64,000 nt of DNA from contig CAZPPS010000010.1 in NCBI GenBank assembly GCA_964588495.1, forward strand, positions 1,281 through 65,280, read 5' to 3'. Below, in pieces: positions 7,766-19,400 of the stretch (position 1 is the first letter of the stretch; each line of letters opens with the position of its first letter). Position numbers and translations under genes: made by a program. This stretch comes from an uncultured bacterium. Lineage in GTDB: Bacteria > Chlamydiota > Chlamydiia > Chlamydiales > JAAKFR01. The notes under the pieces were generated by a model. That model was not told where the DNA came from, searched no databases, and worked only from the letters and a program-made list of their open reading frames with translations.

Positions 7766-8926
7766 TTAGTGGCGTGTAGAGGGGCGGGTTGCGAAGAAGG
7801 GGAGGCATCCCAGCAAATAGCCAACGATGGCGCCGGTGATATGGGCCGTGTTTGCCATGCCGAGGGTGAGGGTAAGCGTGCCCGCGAGTTGGAGGAAGAA
7901 GAGGACGAGCTGGAGGACGAACGTTCCGAGGACGAAAACGATGAGGAATACGAGGGTAAAACGGTTTAACAGATAGCCTTCCCAAGGGGCCCGTTGTTGT
8001 CTTGCCCAGATGAAGGCTGCCATCCCCATGATGACTCCTGAAAGACCGAGAAAAAAAGGACCGCTCACAAAATATTGGGCTATGTTTGCGAATATTCCCG
8101 TGATGAGGATGAGTAAAAGGTAGCGGGATTTGCCTAAGCGGAATTCAATTTGATGTCCTAAAATCATCAACCAAAACAAGTTAAAGAAAATATGCAAAAA
8201 GTCGAGATGCATGAACACTGGCGTGATCAGGCGCCAGATTTCCCCTGCACGGATTTTTTCAAAAAGAGGGCCTGTGTATCCTTTGAGGGCATCTCTATCC
8301 CTGAAGTTGAGTAAAATGTCATAGAGGCCGATCCAGACATTGGTATTCTGAATTTGGTTGATCAAGTTTTGCGATTCAATGCTTGGCGCTTCAGGAGTAT
8401 AGATTTTGTAGAGCTGATCGCGCAGCTCAAAATAGTGGGGATAGTCGAAAAGGAGTTTTTTTTCGGTTTTCGTGAAAAAAGGGGCCTGGATAACGCCCTT
8501 GATTTGGTGATTTTTGGGGGTGTCTTTATGGAAATGATCAAATATGAACAGTAGAATGCAAGCCAACAAGATCAGGATGGTAATGGGTCCGTAGGGTGAG
8601 GAGGTTAAGAAGCGTGCTTTTCTTGAAGGCCCCTGGTCCGAATTTTCAGAAAAGTTGGCTTTTTGTTCGAAGCTCTTTTTTTGGAGGGGATTTGTAAAAT
8701 GGGGGTGGGCTTTGAATCGGGGATCTTCTGGGTTTTTCTCCTAGTGCGCATAAGTCTCAAGGGCCTGCTCAACAAGATCTTCGTCAACAATCCAGAGGCG
8801 AAATACTGTCTTCCCTCCCTCTTTTGCCTCTTCACAGCTATTTTCAATCCCCTGGTTTGTCAGATAATAGGAAAATGCTTGAGGATTGATCCCTTCTTTT
8901 TCAGGGATTGTACAGATCAGTCGCAT
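7766..8926 (-). pseudogene. glpG: GlpG-like rhomboid intramembrane serine protease interrupted by one in-frame TAG (8741-8743)
   Basis: The core ORF 7766-8569 has rhomboid motifs (FMHLDFLHIFFNLFWL, GLSGVIMG, AHITGAIVG). ORF 8744-8926 is in the same frame, and I confirmed codon by codon that nothing but the TAG interrupts 8926 to 7766. The region around the stop (ALETYAH*EKNPEDPRFKA) parallels the E. coli GlpG N-domain (ELARFLENPADPRYLA, from memory). Confidence 0.7.
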
Positions 8927-9408
8927 GTCTGTACCTTTGCAATGACATCCGAGGTGGATAAACCCTCGATCCGATCGACAAGATGCAATTTTCCGCCGTT
9001 TTTTTTGACAACTTCAGATTCAATGCAATTTTCCCCATACTCGATCCCATTGACATGAACATCCGGCTTGATTTTTTCCAAAATTGCTCTTGGGTCTGTC
9101 TCATCAAACCAGGTGAGATAGTCGATAAACGTTAAAGCCGAAAGCATCTCCAGGCGGTGCTGCAAGGTAATAATGGGGCGTTTTGCACTTTTGTAGGCTT
9201 TAACCGATGTGTCGCTATTGACGGCGACAATTAAAATATCGGCCCTTTTTGAGGCCTCATAGATCATGTACATATGGCCAGCATGCAAAAGATCAAAAGA
9301 GCCATTGAGTGTGGCGATCCTTTTATTTTGTGCGCGCAATTCCCGAATTCTTTCTTCAAGGTATTCGGGGGGGATGATTTTGCTTTGGCTGTATTCTTTC
9401 CAGCTCAT
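8917..9408 (-). CDS. Cytidylyl/adenylyltransferase-fold protein (RfaE domain II / HldE C-terminal-like)
   Basis: NGSFDLLHAGHMYMI (HxGH nucleotidyltransferase motif), VAVNSDTSVKAYK..RPI, VNGIEYG and STSDVIAKV are present. The stop overlaps the glpG-like ATG by 10 nt. Confidence 0.65.
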   Translation of the reverse strand: MSWKEYSQSKIIPPEYLEERIRELRAQNKRIATLNGSFDLLHAGHMYMIYEASKRADILIVAVNSDTSVKAYKSAKRPIITLQHRLEMLSALTFIDYLTWFDETDPRAILEKIKPDVHVNGIEYGENCIESEVVKKNGGKLHLVDRIEGLSTSDVIAKVQTCD

Positions 9409-9417
9409 TTTTGAATC

Positions 9418-11859
9418 CTATTCTTGGAAAGCAATATGGAAAATTTCATCGTAGTGATCGACAAAATGCACTTTCAGATCTACCTTCAAATAGTCGGGGA
9501 GCTCGTCGTAGTCCCGCTGGTTATCTTTTGGGAAAATCAGCTCTGTTAAGCCCGATCTTCTGGCAGCAATCAATTTTTCGCGAATACCGCCGACTCCCAA
9601 GATCCGTCCTGTTAGGGTAATTTCCCCAGTCATTCCCAAATTATCGAGAATCGGAGTATCCAAAAGAAGGGAAATAAGAGCGGTTACCATCGTAGTTCCT
9701 GCAGAAGGGCCATCTTTAGGGGTCGCACCTTCTGGAATATGGATATGCACGTGCGATTTTTCGAAGAAAGTGTGTCCCGGAGCGTACTTGTAGATGGCGC
9801 TATGGAGATAGCTCCACGCAATTTGAGACGATTCTTTCATCACATCGCCTGCCTGACCCGTTAAGGTCATGTCCGTACGATCTGCGGCCACTTTAATTGC
9901 TTCGATATAAAGGGTAGCCCCTCCGTGAGAGGTCCATGCAAGGCCTGTTGCCACGCCCACAGGCGTCCTTTCATAAAAGCGGTCGCTTAAGTAAATCGGC
10001 TTCCCAAGATATTCTGTGAGGTTATTTTTGTTGATCGCGTGTTTCAGCTCTTTTTTACGCTTTCCTTTCTCCCTTTCTCTGACAACTTCAAGAGCGACTT
10101 TGCGGAGGATTTTTTTAAGAAAATTCTCCAGGCTTCGCACGCCTGCTTCTCTAGCATACCCATTGATAATCGTCCGCAGAGCATCGAGATTGAACGTAAT
10201 ATCATTAATACTCAACCCCATTTGCTTGCGCGCTCTTGGAAGGAGATATTTCTTGGCGATCTGAAGCTTTTCTTCTAGAATGTAGCCAGAAAGCCTTAAG
10301 ACCTCCATTCTGTCGAGAAGAGGCTCTGGTATGGTGTCGATCATGTTGGCTGTCACGATAAAGAGAATATTGGATAAATCAACACGGACATCGAGGTAAT
10401 GGTCTAAAAAGTCCCGGTTTTGCTCAGGATCTAACACTTCGAGTAAAGCAGACGCAGGATCGCCGTGATAGCTCATCCCCATTTTGTCCACTTCATCGAT
10501 CATGATCACGGGATTCATCGTTTGAGTTTGCTTCAGAGCCTGAACCAATTTTCCAGGCATCGCTCCAATATAGGTTCTTCTATGCCCTTTAATTTCTGCC
10601 TCGTCACGCATGCCTCCTACAGAAAAGCGGAAAAACTTCCGGTTGAGGGCACGGGCAATGCTTTTGCCAATACTTGTTTTACCAACCCCTGGAGGGCCGA
10701 CAAGGCAAATGATGCTCCCCTTGAGGCCGCCGGTCAATTTTCCAACGCTGATCAGCTCGAGAATGCGTTGCTTGATTTCCTCAAGTCCGTAGTGGTCCTT
10801 GTTAAGAATGGCTTCGGCTTTCACCAAATCGTGTCTTTCTTTGCTAAAAAGACCCCAAGGGATAATTGTGAGCCAATCCAGATAGTTGCGGCAAACGGTA
10901 TATTCAGCAGAAGTGGAGTCGAGTGTTTGCAATTTCTCCATCTCTTCTTGGATGGTGGTCATTGCTTGTTGTGGCACTTCGAGCTTTTTAATGCGCGATT
11001 CAAATTTCTCATTGTCGATCGATTTTTCTTCTTTTTCAAGCCCCAGCTCTTTTCGGATCGTTTTGAGCTGTTCCTTTAAAAAGTACTCTTTCTGGCTTTT
11101 GGTAATCGTCGCTTCGATTTTTTGGTTGATGCTGCTCTGAAGGCGGCTTAAATCGAGCTCTTTTTTCAAAAGAGCCAGCGCTTTAGTGATTCTGGATTCC
11201 ATATCAAAGGCTTCCAAAACCTCTTGGAGCTCTTCGCGGGTGGCAGTCGTTAAAGCCACAGCAAAATCGGCAAGTTTGCCAGGTTCTGTAAAATCGGAAT
11301 GGCCCAAAAAGATCTGCAGCTCTTCTTTAAAGAGGGGATTGAGCTTTAAAAGCTCTTTGATCACAGAAATGATATTGATCGAATAGGCTTTTAACTCTTC
11401 AGAAATGATGTGAGATTCTGGATGGTAGCGGACTTTTGCACGCAAATATTTGTCTTGAACGGCATCAACAATTTCGATCCGCTCTTCCATATTGAGAATA
11501 ACCTGCGCGCCGCCCCCTTCCATAGGGATGATGCGTAAAACGCGTGCGATCACACCCACTTTATAAAGCCCTGGAAAGCCCACTTTGTAAATATTGGCGT
11601 TTTCTTTTTTGGTTAAAACAAGGCCAACATATTTGGCTTCTTGTTTGGAAATCAGTTTGAGAACCTCATAGAAGGGGCCCGGCTCAATGACAATGGGGGC
11701 TGCCATTCCAGGAAAAAAGGGCCTGCGATTAAGCGGCAAGACAAATATATCATCAGGAAGATCGGGAGACGTTGATTCGCTGGCAGAGTCGAAGGCGTCT
11801 TCGAGCGCCGTTTCCAATTCAGCTTCAAAGGTTTCTTGTTCTTCTTTTCGTTTTCTCAA
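9418..11859 (-). CDS. lon: ATP-dependent Lon protease
   Basis: This 813-aa protein has an N-terminal LON domain, Walker A GPPGVGKTS, Walker B MIDEVDK and a proteolytic domain with PKDGPSAGTTMVTALIS. Confidence 0.97.
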   Translation of the reverse strand: MRKRKEEQETFEAELETALEDAFDSASESTSPDLPDDIFVLPLNRRPFFPGMAAPIVIEPGPFYEVLKLISKQEAKYVGLVLTKKENANIYKVGFPGLYKVGVIARVLRIIPMEGGGAQVILNMEERIEIVDAVQDKYLRAKVRYHPESHIISEELKAYSINIISVIKELLKLNPLFKEELQIFLGHSDFTEPGKLADFAVALTTATREELQEVLEAFDMESRITKALALLKKELDLSRLQSSINQKIEATITKSQKEYFLKEQLKTIRKELGLEKEEKSIDNEKFESRIKKLEVPQQAMTTIQEEMEKLQTLDSTSAEYTVCRNYLDWLTIIPWGLFSKERHDLVKAEAILNKDHYGLEEIKQRILELISVGKLTGGLKGSIICLVGPPGVGKTSIGKSIARALNRKFFRFSVGGMRDEAEIKGHRRTYIGAMPGKLVQALKQTQTMNPVIMIDEVDKMGMSYHGDPASALLEVLDPEQNRDFLDHYLDVRVDLSNILFIVTANMIDTIPEPLLDRMEVLRLSGYILEEKLQIAKKYLLPRARKQMGLSINDITFNLDALRTIINGYAREAGVRSLENFLKKILRKVALEVVREREKGKRKKELKHAINKNNLTEYLGKPIYLSDRFYERTPVGVATGLAWTSHGGATLYIEAIKVAADRTDMTLTGQAGDVMKESSQIAWSYLHSAIYKYAPGHTFFEKSHVHIHIPEGATPKDGPSAGTTMVTALISLLLDTPILDNLGMTGEITLTGRILGVGGIREKLIAARRSGLTELIFPKDNQRDYDELPDYLKVDLKVHFVDHYDEIFHIAFQE

Positions 11860-11992
11860 TGTTTTCCCTAAGTTTAATTACGGCAAAGTGTAACAAAACC
11901 CTTTCAAACATGCAAGGGAAGCAAAAACTTTCACTTTTATTCAATCTTGTAAATAGCATATGATTTTATTTTGTATATAAAGAATAAAAGAA

Positions 11993-12592
11993 TTGTTTAC
12001 AGTAATAATTGATACAAGTACTGATAAGTCGTTGATAGTCTTTACTTCCGGCGAAAAAGTCCTTTTAAATTTATTTTTGCCTTCTGGGATTCATAGCTCT
12101 CGACTTTTGATGAGCCTGATTCAGGAAGGGTTAGAAAAGTTAAATTTGAATTCTAGTGTGATTGAACTTCTCGCGATTGCTACAGGCCCTGGTTCCTATA
12201 CGGGAATCCGTGTTGGGGCGGCTGCGGTTTTGGGACTTGCTTTCCCTAGGAATTTGCCCATCGTGAGCTTTTCATCGCTTGAAGGTTTTATTTCACATGA
12301 AGAGGGGCAGTTTGCCTCTCTGATCGACGCCCGTATCGGAGGCGCCTATGTCTTATTGCAGCAAAAAAAAGAGGGGAATATTGTTTTCGAACAAGCTCCC
12401 CAGTTTGTTCCCAGTGAAGAAATTTCTGCTTATACCGCCTCTTATCCTGTGCAAGCGGGGCCTCATATCAGCTATCCTGATTCTGAGTATTTGGCAAAGC
12501 GCGTTGCCCAAAAATTCAGAGAGGGGAGCTACAGCACTGATATTCAATTGACTTACCTAAGAACACCCGAATATCTGCCCTCGCGTGCCTGA
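11993..12592 (+). CDS. tsaB: tRNA t6A biosynthesis protein TsaB (YeaZ)
   Basis: IIDTSTDKSLIV ... ATGPGSYTGIRVGAAAVLGLAF. The start is TTG in the ORF track. Confidence 0.8.
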   Translation: MFTVIIDTSTDKSLIVFTSGEKVLLNLFLPSGIHSSRLLMSLIQEGLEKLNLNSSVIELLAIATGPGSYTGIRVGAAAVLGLAFPRNLPIVSFSSLEGFISHEEGQFASLIDARIGGAYVLLQQKKEGNIVFEQAPQFVPSEEISAYTASYPVQAGPHISYPDSEYLAKRVAQKFREGSYSTDIQLTYLRTPEYLPSRA

Positions 12593-12610
12593 CCGTCTCC
12601 GTCTCTGAGA

Positions 12611-12742
12611 GTAATTCAACACGAAGACACGAAGACACTAAGGCACAAAGAAAAAAATATGGTAAAATTGTAGAAACCCTATTTTTTTGATTTTTCCTAT
12701 CTCTTTGTGTCTTTGTATTTTCGTGTCTTTGTGTTGAATTTC
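12611..12742. repeat. Family A nested palindromic repeat, copy A1
   Basis: The arms are aattcaacacgaagacacgaagacactaaggcacaaag and ctctttgtgtctttgtattttcgtgtctttgtgttgaatt (imperfect reverse complements). Both arms are built of ACACRAAG 8-mers. Confidence 0.85.
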
Positions 12743-12805
12743 TCTTAGGTACGCAAATTGTTTTTTTGATGAAATCTCCCTGCTAATCCTATACAATCTA
12801 TTTTT

Positions 12806-13438
12806 ATGTTGATGAGCCTGATTCCCGATGTCACCGTCTTAGTAAACTGGATTACCACCTATGGGAGTGTCGTTTTATTTATCTTGATGTCTTTAGGAAT
12901 ATTGGCTCTGCCGGTTCCTGAAGAGACTTTGATGGTCATCGCAGGTATTTTGATGCGCAAAGGGATCCTTCAAATCCCTCCCACAGTGCTTTTTGCCTAT
13001 GCGGGGGCTATGTGTGGCATTACCATGAGCTATGTTGTAGGGCGCACAGCGGGAAATTTTCTGATTTTGCGCTATGGCAAATGGGTCGGCATTACAGATG
13101 TCGCCCTAAACCATGCCCACCGCTGGTTTGAAAAGCTCGGCAAATGGCTCCTCATTGTGGGCTATTTCATACCAGGCGTACGCCATTTGACGGGGCTCAT
13201 TGCGGGGACCACGTATATGAAATATTCCCATTTTGCCCTCTATGCCTATACAGGAGCCTTTTTGTGGGTATCCCTATTTTTGTCTCTGGGCTATTTTGTA
13301 GGAAGCTATTGTCTTGAGTGTTACGAACAGCTTGGAAAAGCAGATGTTGTGATCGTATTGCTCGCCATTATCTCAGCAATTATTTTGTTTTTTTATATCA
13401 AGTGGCACTACAAACGGTACAATAATAGAAAAAAATAA
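12806..13438 (+). CDS. DedA family inner-membrane protein
   Basis: LALPVPEETLMVIAGIL, GRTAGNFLILRYGKWVG and IPGVRHLTGLIAG are typical DedA/SNARE-associated motifs, and the protein has multiple TM segments. Confidence 0.8.
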   Translation: MLMSLIPDVTVLVNWITTYGSVVLFILMSLGILALPVPEETLMVIAGILMRKGILQIPPTVLFAYAGAMCGITMSYVVGRTAGNFLILRYGKWVGITDVALNHAHRWFEKLGKWLLIVGYFIPGVRHLTGLIAGTTYMKYSHFALYAYTGAFLWVSLFLSLGYFVGSYCLECYEQLGKADVVIVLLAIISAIILFFYIKWHYKRYNNRKK

Positions 13439-13449
13439 CTCGCCGGATC

Positions 13450-16400
13450 TTAACCCTTTGGTTGGGCGTCTTGGATCTCCTGCCAAAGTTGCTGGAAGTT
13501 TTCGCAGTTGTTTACACGCTTATTCATCCTCTCACCCTTTTTGATAGTCCCGACAAGAAAAGCCAGATCGCACACTATATCTTCAAACCACTCTGAGCCG
13601 ATCAGCTTCTTAAAAACTTCCTCCGGAAACCCGTTTTGAGCAAGAGCTCCATCTGCTGTGAAAAGGGCTCCTTTACGGCAACTTGGGAGCTGTTTTTGGA
13701 AATAAGCCGCTTCCCTATCGCTCACAACGCAGGCAATAAAGTTAGTTTGACTATGAGCTACCAGAAAATACAGGGAAGGTTTTAGGAATTTTTGTTTTAA
13801 TGAGACTCTGCTGGCTTTTGCTGTGTTGATAAATTTATGAGACAAAAATAGATTTTCAGTAAAAAAGCTCGAATTAAAGAGTTTGCATGCTGGGGTTGAA
13901 AAATTGGCTGAGAAGAGCTCCTCGAGGCTAAAATTTTCATCTATGGGGAGCATCGTTTCGGGAATTAAGCCATTGGTTGTTACGGTTTGCTGCTCTTCAA
14001 CTTCTTCTTCCTGGCAATAAAGCTGCATCTGTTCTCCAGCAACACGATAAGTGGCAAGTTCTTTGATGCTTTTTTGAAAGGTTAAAATGAGCTCTTTAAG
14101 TGCGGCGTGCAAATCTACCGCTTCACTCCAAGATTTTTGGTAGCCATATTTTTTATATTCTTCCTGGGCATAGCGGGCCAAAACAACGGAGGTTTTTTCG
14201 AAAGATTCTTCACGCCCAAACCGGACTAAGGGGTCATTGATAAACTGTTTAATAAATCCTTTTCGATAATTCCGTTGCCAAAGCTTGATTTGAGCCTTTG
14301 GGTCATGCAATGTACCTTTGAGAGCCGTTCTGGCGGGTTTTTGGACAAGAATATCGATTTGTTGATAGGCGCTTGAAATCAGCTCATTTTCTTGCACTTC
14401 GATTTCATTCTTTTGTGTCCATCGAATCAACGATTTTGGTGTGCACACACAATTCATATCTTCTTCAATTTGGGCGCTCAATCTGCTATCGATGATCCAG
14501 GCCGCAATGCTTGCCTTTTTATGCAAAAGTCCTCTTAGGCGCGTAGCGCCCTGAGCCAAATCGCCGATGGTTAAGAGCTCTCCGATGAGAAGAAGTCCCC
14601 TTGCATTTTCTTTTTGCAAAGCGTCGAAACCAACTGCGTGGACAGGATCTACAAAGGTCAAAAGATTTAGATCTTCCCATTGATAGCCCAAAACTTTGAG
14701 TCCTACTACCAGATCACCTTCAGGGATGGCCACCGGCTCGTCACCGCCTGTGAACCAAATCATGAGCTCATCTTCTTTAAAAAAGACAATCCCGTCATAG
14801 GAAAGGGTCACTTCCTCATCTTCAAGGAAAGTAAAAAAGTCTTGTGCGATCTGAATACTTTCAAAATCTCTGAGCATGCCCCCAACATCAATGATCATCC
14901 CCAATTGATCAAAAATTTTAGAGTCCTGTTTCCATAGCTTTAAAAACAGTCCAAAAGGGTCAAAAAAAGAGGCAATGTTGATCATTTGACTGTTCCGCTC
15001 TTCTGTCAGCACATCAATTACCCTAGGAATAAAATCGGAATTATATTTGGAATGTTCAAATTTCCCATAAATTTCCTTGGGCCCTAAATAGGCTGAACAG
15101 ACAGTCGTATCTTTAAACCCTTTAAGAAGATGTTGTGGAGTTGCTACGAGCTGGCTTGAACAAAAAGTCAATTTGGGAAGAACTACATTTTCAAGATCGT
15201 CAAAAATTGCCTTCAGATCGGCCCATGGATTTCTTTGAAGGGTCCCTTGAATGGTCAAAATTAAAGCAATATATGGTTCTTCAAAATAGGCCTCGCTCGA
15301 CTTTCTTCGATGGGCTGGCATTTCAATTCCATCTCTACTTTTTTGGTGATTCATCCGTCCAACGGTTTGCATCGCAAATTCGTAAAAATGCAAAAAATAG
15401 TGGCGTGCTAAAAATATCATTCGTGCTTTGGCTGTTTTTTTGTGCTCTTCCCCCTCGAGCCATTTAGACTTTAAAGCCTTTGGGTTGTGCCACCAATTTT
15501 TAATAGCTAGTTGCTCTTCCTGCGGGATATTTAAAAAAGGGTGCTCCACCAGTTTTTGAATCAAAAAAAAGCGGACACACTCTTTTTCAGATTCAGACAT
15601 CATCGCTTGCTTATTCTGAAGGATTTGGGCAACATCCAAGACTTTGCGTCCATCGCTTAAGACAGACTCTGGATCGACCAAAAACTTGTAAATCAATGTG
15701 AAGATTTTGATGTCACACTCAGGAAGTGACCGTTTTGTGCCAATCCCTATTTTTGCCTGCATCAAAGGACTTAGATTGACCCTTCCCTCATCGACTAAAA
15801 CCAAACATTTTTCCTCAAAAAGATGGAGAATCAGACTCAAATAACGGACTTTTTCACAATCGCCGTTCTCCAAGGCGAGCTGGTATTTCAGATAAATAGA
15901 GTAATAGACTTCGGGGATTATTTTGAGGCTATCCGAAACAAGATACTCTTCAAGCTTTTCAAAAACCTGCTTCAAATCATCCGCGCTCGTCTCTGTTTTT
16001 AAGGCGACCTCAAAAGCCTGCAAAGACATCCCATACCCTTTTTTGAGGATGATTTGCTGCTTTTTTAAATCCACTTTATAGAGGCCAGGAGGTGAAATGC
16101 TGACAGGCGTCAGCCCTTTTTTTCGCGCCTGTTTTTGCAAAAATGGAATCAGAAATGTCCCTTTTCCCCCTCCAGCTTCTAGCTCAAAGAGGCAATTTGT
16201 TTTATTTTGCAGCCAGCTGATCAGCTCAAGCTGAGCCCTTTTAGCGATCAATTCCGTACGTGATTGGAAAATGAGAAATTCAGGATTTTGGATGGGGTCG
16301 ATTGTTCCCAAAAGGGCTAGATCTTTCGATTTTTTGAGATGGCAGTTGAGAATATGGTAACGGAGTGTTTCTATGATCAGTTCTTTAATCACACTTTCCG

Positions 16401-19400
16401 ATAACGAAGGATTTGCCTCTCTCAAAATATTGAGATTTTGCCTTTCGGCAGCTTGCGTCAAAATCCCCTCAACTGTGATGAGAGGAAGATTTTTCCCCTT
16501 TTTTCGCAAATTGAGCTTAAAAAGATCAGGTGGGATGGAATTGGCTTTCTCTTCGATTTGACTTTTGAGCGTTTGAAGCTCGTGAGGCTTTATTTCCAGA
16601 AATTGAGGATCGAAACTTAACCTTTGGACATGTTCCGAAGAAAATTCCCATTTTATAGGCTGTAATTTTGGAGGCTCGGGAAGAGTGAGCATTTTTCTAT
16701 CCCAATACATGATAAAAATGCTCTCGGTAAAGGGAGTTGTCTTTTCAAAAGTCTTTGCTATTTCAACAATTTTTAAAAAGACAGCTGAGTTTGTTTCCAG
16801 CTCATCGGAGGTAAAAGGGGGAAAGTGCTCGGGATGCTTGTGGATGATGTAGAGAAGCTTGGTATAGGCTAAAATCTCGTCTTTATCATTTCCATGTGCG
16901 CTGCGGGCAAGATAAAAAAGATCCAGAATATAGAGTCCTGATTTTGCCCTCTCATAAAGCTCTATAAAGTGATACATAATATCACAAAGAGTCATTCTCA
17001 CAAAGTGGGGATTAAATGCAGGGCCACTTACAACCCGATAATAATGTAAATTCAAAGTGTAGATAGTCTTAGGAAAAAGCTGGAAGCTTATCGGAAATTT
17101 TTCTTGCAGTACACTTTTGGAGCTCACAAGTTTTTTTCTGACTGCCAAAATATAAGGAAGCGTGTCGATGTCCTCTAAAGCTTCTAAAAGGAAAAGCTCT
17201 TCATCTGGCTTTGGCCGGATATATTCAGGAATTTTGGGGTAAACGGGCCCTGCAAGACGCAAATAATCGCAATAACGGTCGCTGATCCATGTAAAAAATG
17301 GGTTGTCCGATTTTAACTTTTCCCGTGAAAAGCCTTTTTGTAGAATCTGGGTTTGGTTTTGAAAAAAAGCAATTCCTAAATGGAGATAGAAAGCTAACCC
17401 TTCAGGTGACTGATCGGGCAAAAAACAAAAACTTTGAAAAAAATCGGTGCAGTAATGGTGGCAGCGCCAGTTTTTAAGAATTTTTAGCGCCTCTTCAAAA
17501 TTCCTAAAACTTGCCAGCAGATGGGCTAAAAAAAGATGCCCTTCGGGACTTTCAGGTTTAAGGGATTCTGTCCGGTAAAGAAAGTAGGGAACTTTTACTT
17601 GAAGTTTCTGGTAACTTAAAAAAACCTGGGAAAAAAAGTTGGAATCGCTCTGTGAAAGGCTATTGGAGGCGATGATCACAATTTTTTCAGCAGCATCATT
17701 TTCAAGAACAAGGGCTCCATCAAATGTGGGCAAAGAGCTTAAGGTTTGATCAGAGGCGATAAAAAATCCCGGATAGTTAAGCGAAGACACTACCCATCGG
17801 CCCTTATGATTTTCTCCTTGAAATTGCAGTTTGAGAGACAAGATATCAAGGGAATGAATCTGCTTTTTGTTATTGATCCAACACACAACATCTTCATCTT
17901 TAATTCCAAGCCGGGAAAAAAAATTGGTCTTCTTTGCATTTAACAATTTCAAGGGGAGGATCTTGCCTGAAGGGTCCACTTTGTGGACTTGCCCGTCTGA
18001 AATCAGCGCCCATGGAGTGTCTGTGTTTTCATCTGTAACAACAAATTCATCTTGACGACTAAATCGAGAAAAAAAATTGGTCGGTTCTCTATTTAGAAAT
18101 TTTATGATGGTGGTCGTGCCTGAAGGGCCCACTTCCAATATGTTGATTCGCCCATTTGAAATCAGCGTCGACGGATTGCTTGTGTTTTCATCTGCAGATT
18201 TTATAAAAAGGCATTTGAAGAGAGGGTTTGGAGACTCTGTTTTGAGGTAAGAGAACTCTTTGTCTTCGATTGTGAATGTTTTTCTAATATTACTGCGACA
18301 AAAGACTTTTTCATATCCACGCGGGATCCATAGGACCTGCTGACCTGGGATGAGTATTTCTTTTTGGTTGCGTAAGACAAGACAGTTTTCAAGATCAAAA
18401 GTATAGTGATCGACTTGGCCTCGATGCAGAAAAGAAAGCTCGGAGGAGAGTTCAGAAGAAAGGTCGCTTTGCCATTGTTGATCTTGAGGAAACTTATTTA
18501 TTATCCCAGTGGGGTAATAAATACCTTCCAAAAGCCACTTTGGAGTCTCTTTGTCATCATTTGGATGATAGTTGATCCAAAAGCCCCCTTTTACCCACTC
18601 TTTTAAAGATAAGAGGTCAGAAGGAAGATCGACGCTATAGAGAAAAAGCAGATGGGAATAGAGAGTGCTGAGATCCTTTTTTTTAATGATACGACTCAAA
18701 AGGATCTCTTCATACTGCTTTAGGAGTCCTTTTTCTATTTGAAATCCGGCCTTTTCAATGTGGGTTTCAATTAAAATCCCGATCCGGATGAAAAATAAAA
18801 GCTCTTTCAGATTTTGTGAGTGAAAATTAATTCCTTCATTTACCAGAAAACGGCATCTTTCCTTTAGAAGAGGATTTTCTTTTAGCCTTTGGATAAGAAG
18901 AGCATCCGCAGTAAAGAGGGTTTTTTCGATATGCTCTTTAACGGTTGTGTTTGCTACCAAATCGAGATTTGCAAGCACCCATTGAATGAGAGAAGTGATT
19001 TGAAGTGAGGGGTGAAGACCTATGCGGACCCAATCTTGTTTGATGCGCTTTAGGGGTCTGCAGTAGATTTGATTTTCATTTTGGATTTTAAGGTCATTCT
19101 GATTGTTTTCTTTTCTGTCAAATAGGGCACCAGGGGCAAATGATAGACCCCATTTACTATTCAAATGGGTCTCTAGATAACTGATATAATAATCCCCTTT
19201 GGTATCCTGCTCAAGCTCGCACAAAGGCTTTCCTACCGAAACAATGTGGCCCCCCAAATAGAGCGACCAACACATTTGAGCCAAATATTGATAATAGTAA
19301 AAATCTTGCGGCAGCTTGCTTTCCCATAAAAAAGGGTACTCATGGGATGGACCAAATTGTCTTAAAAACTTTAAATAGGAAGCTGTTGGATCTTGGGTGT

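Noticed and set aside
7728-7985. Pro/Arg-rich 85-aa minus ORF and acidic 78-aa plus ORF (7733-7969) at the 3' end of the rhomboid gene
   Set aside because: They overlap the C-terminal TM region of the rhomboid core in other frames. Their extreme compositions are typical of out-of-frame translation.
10465-11079. 204-aa plus-strand ORF (and several 60-85-aa ORFs) inside the lon gene
   Set aside because: It is fully antisense to a high-confidence Lon protease ORF and has low-complexity, Leu/Phe/Ser-rich composition with no motifs. It is a typical shadow ORF.
13450-15000. A cysteine-protease or deubiquitinase catalytic site in the giant protein
   Set aside because: I could not identify a convincing Cys/His/Asp arrangement by eye anywhere in the protein. 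Any protease claim would be speculation without HMM or structure searches.
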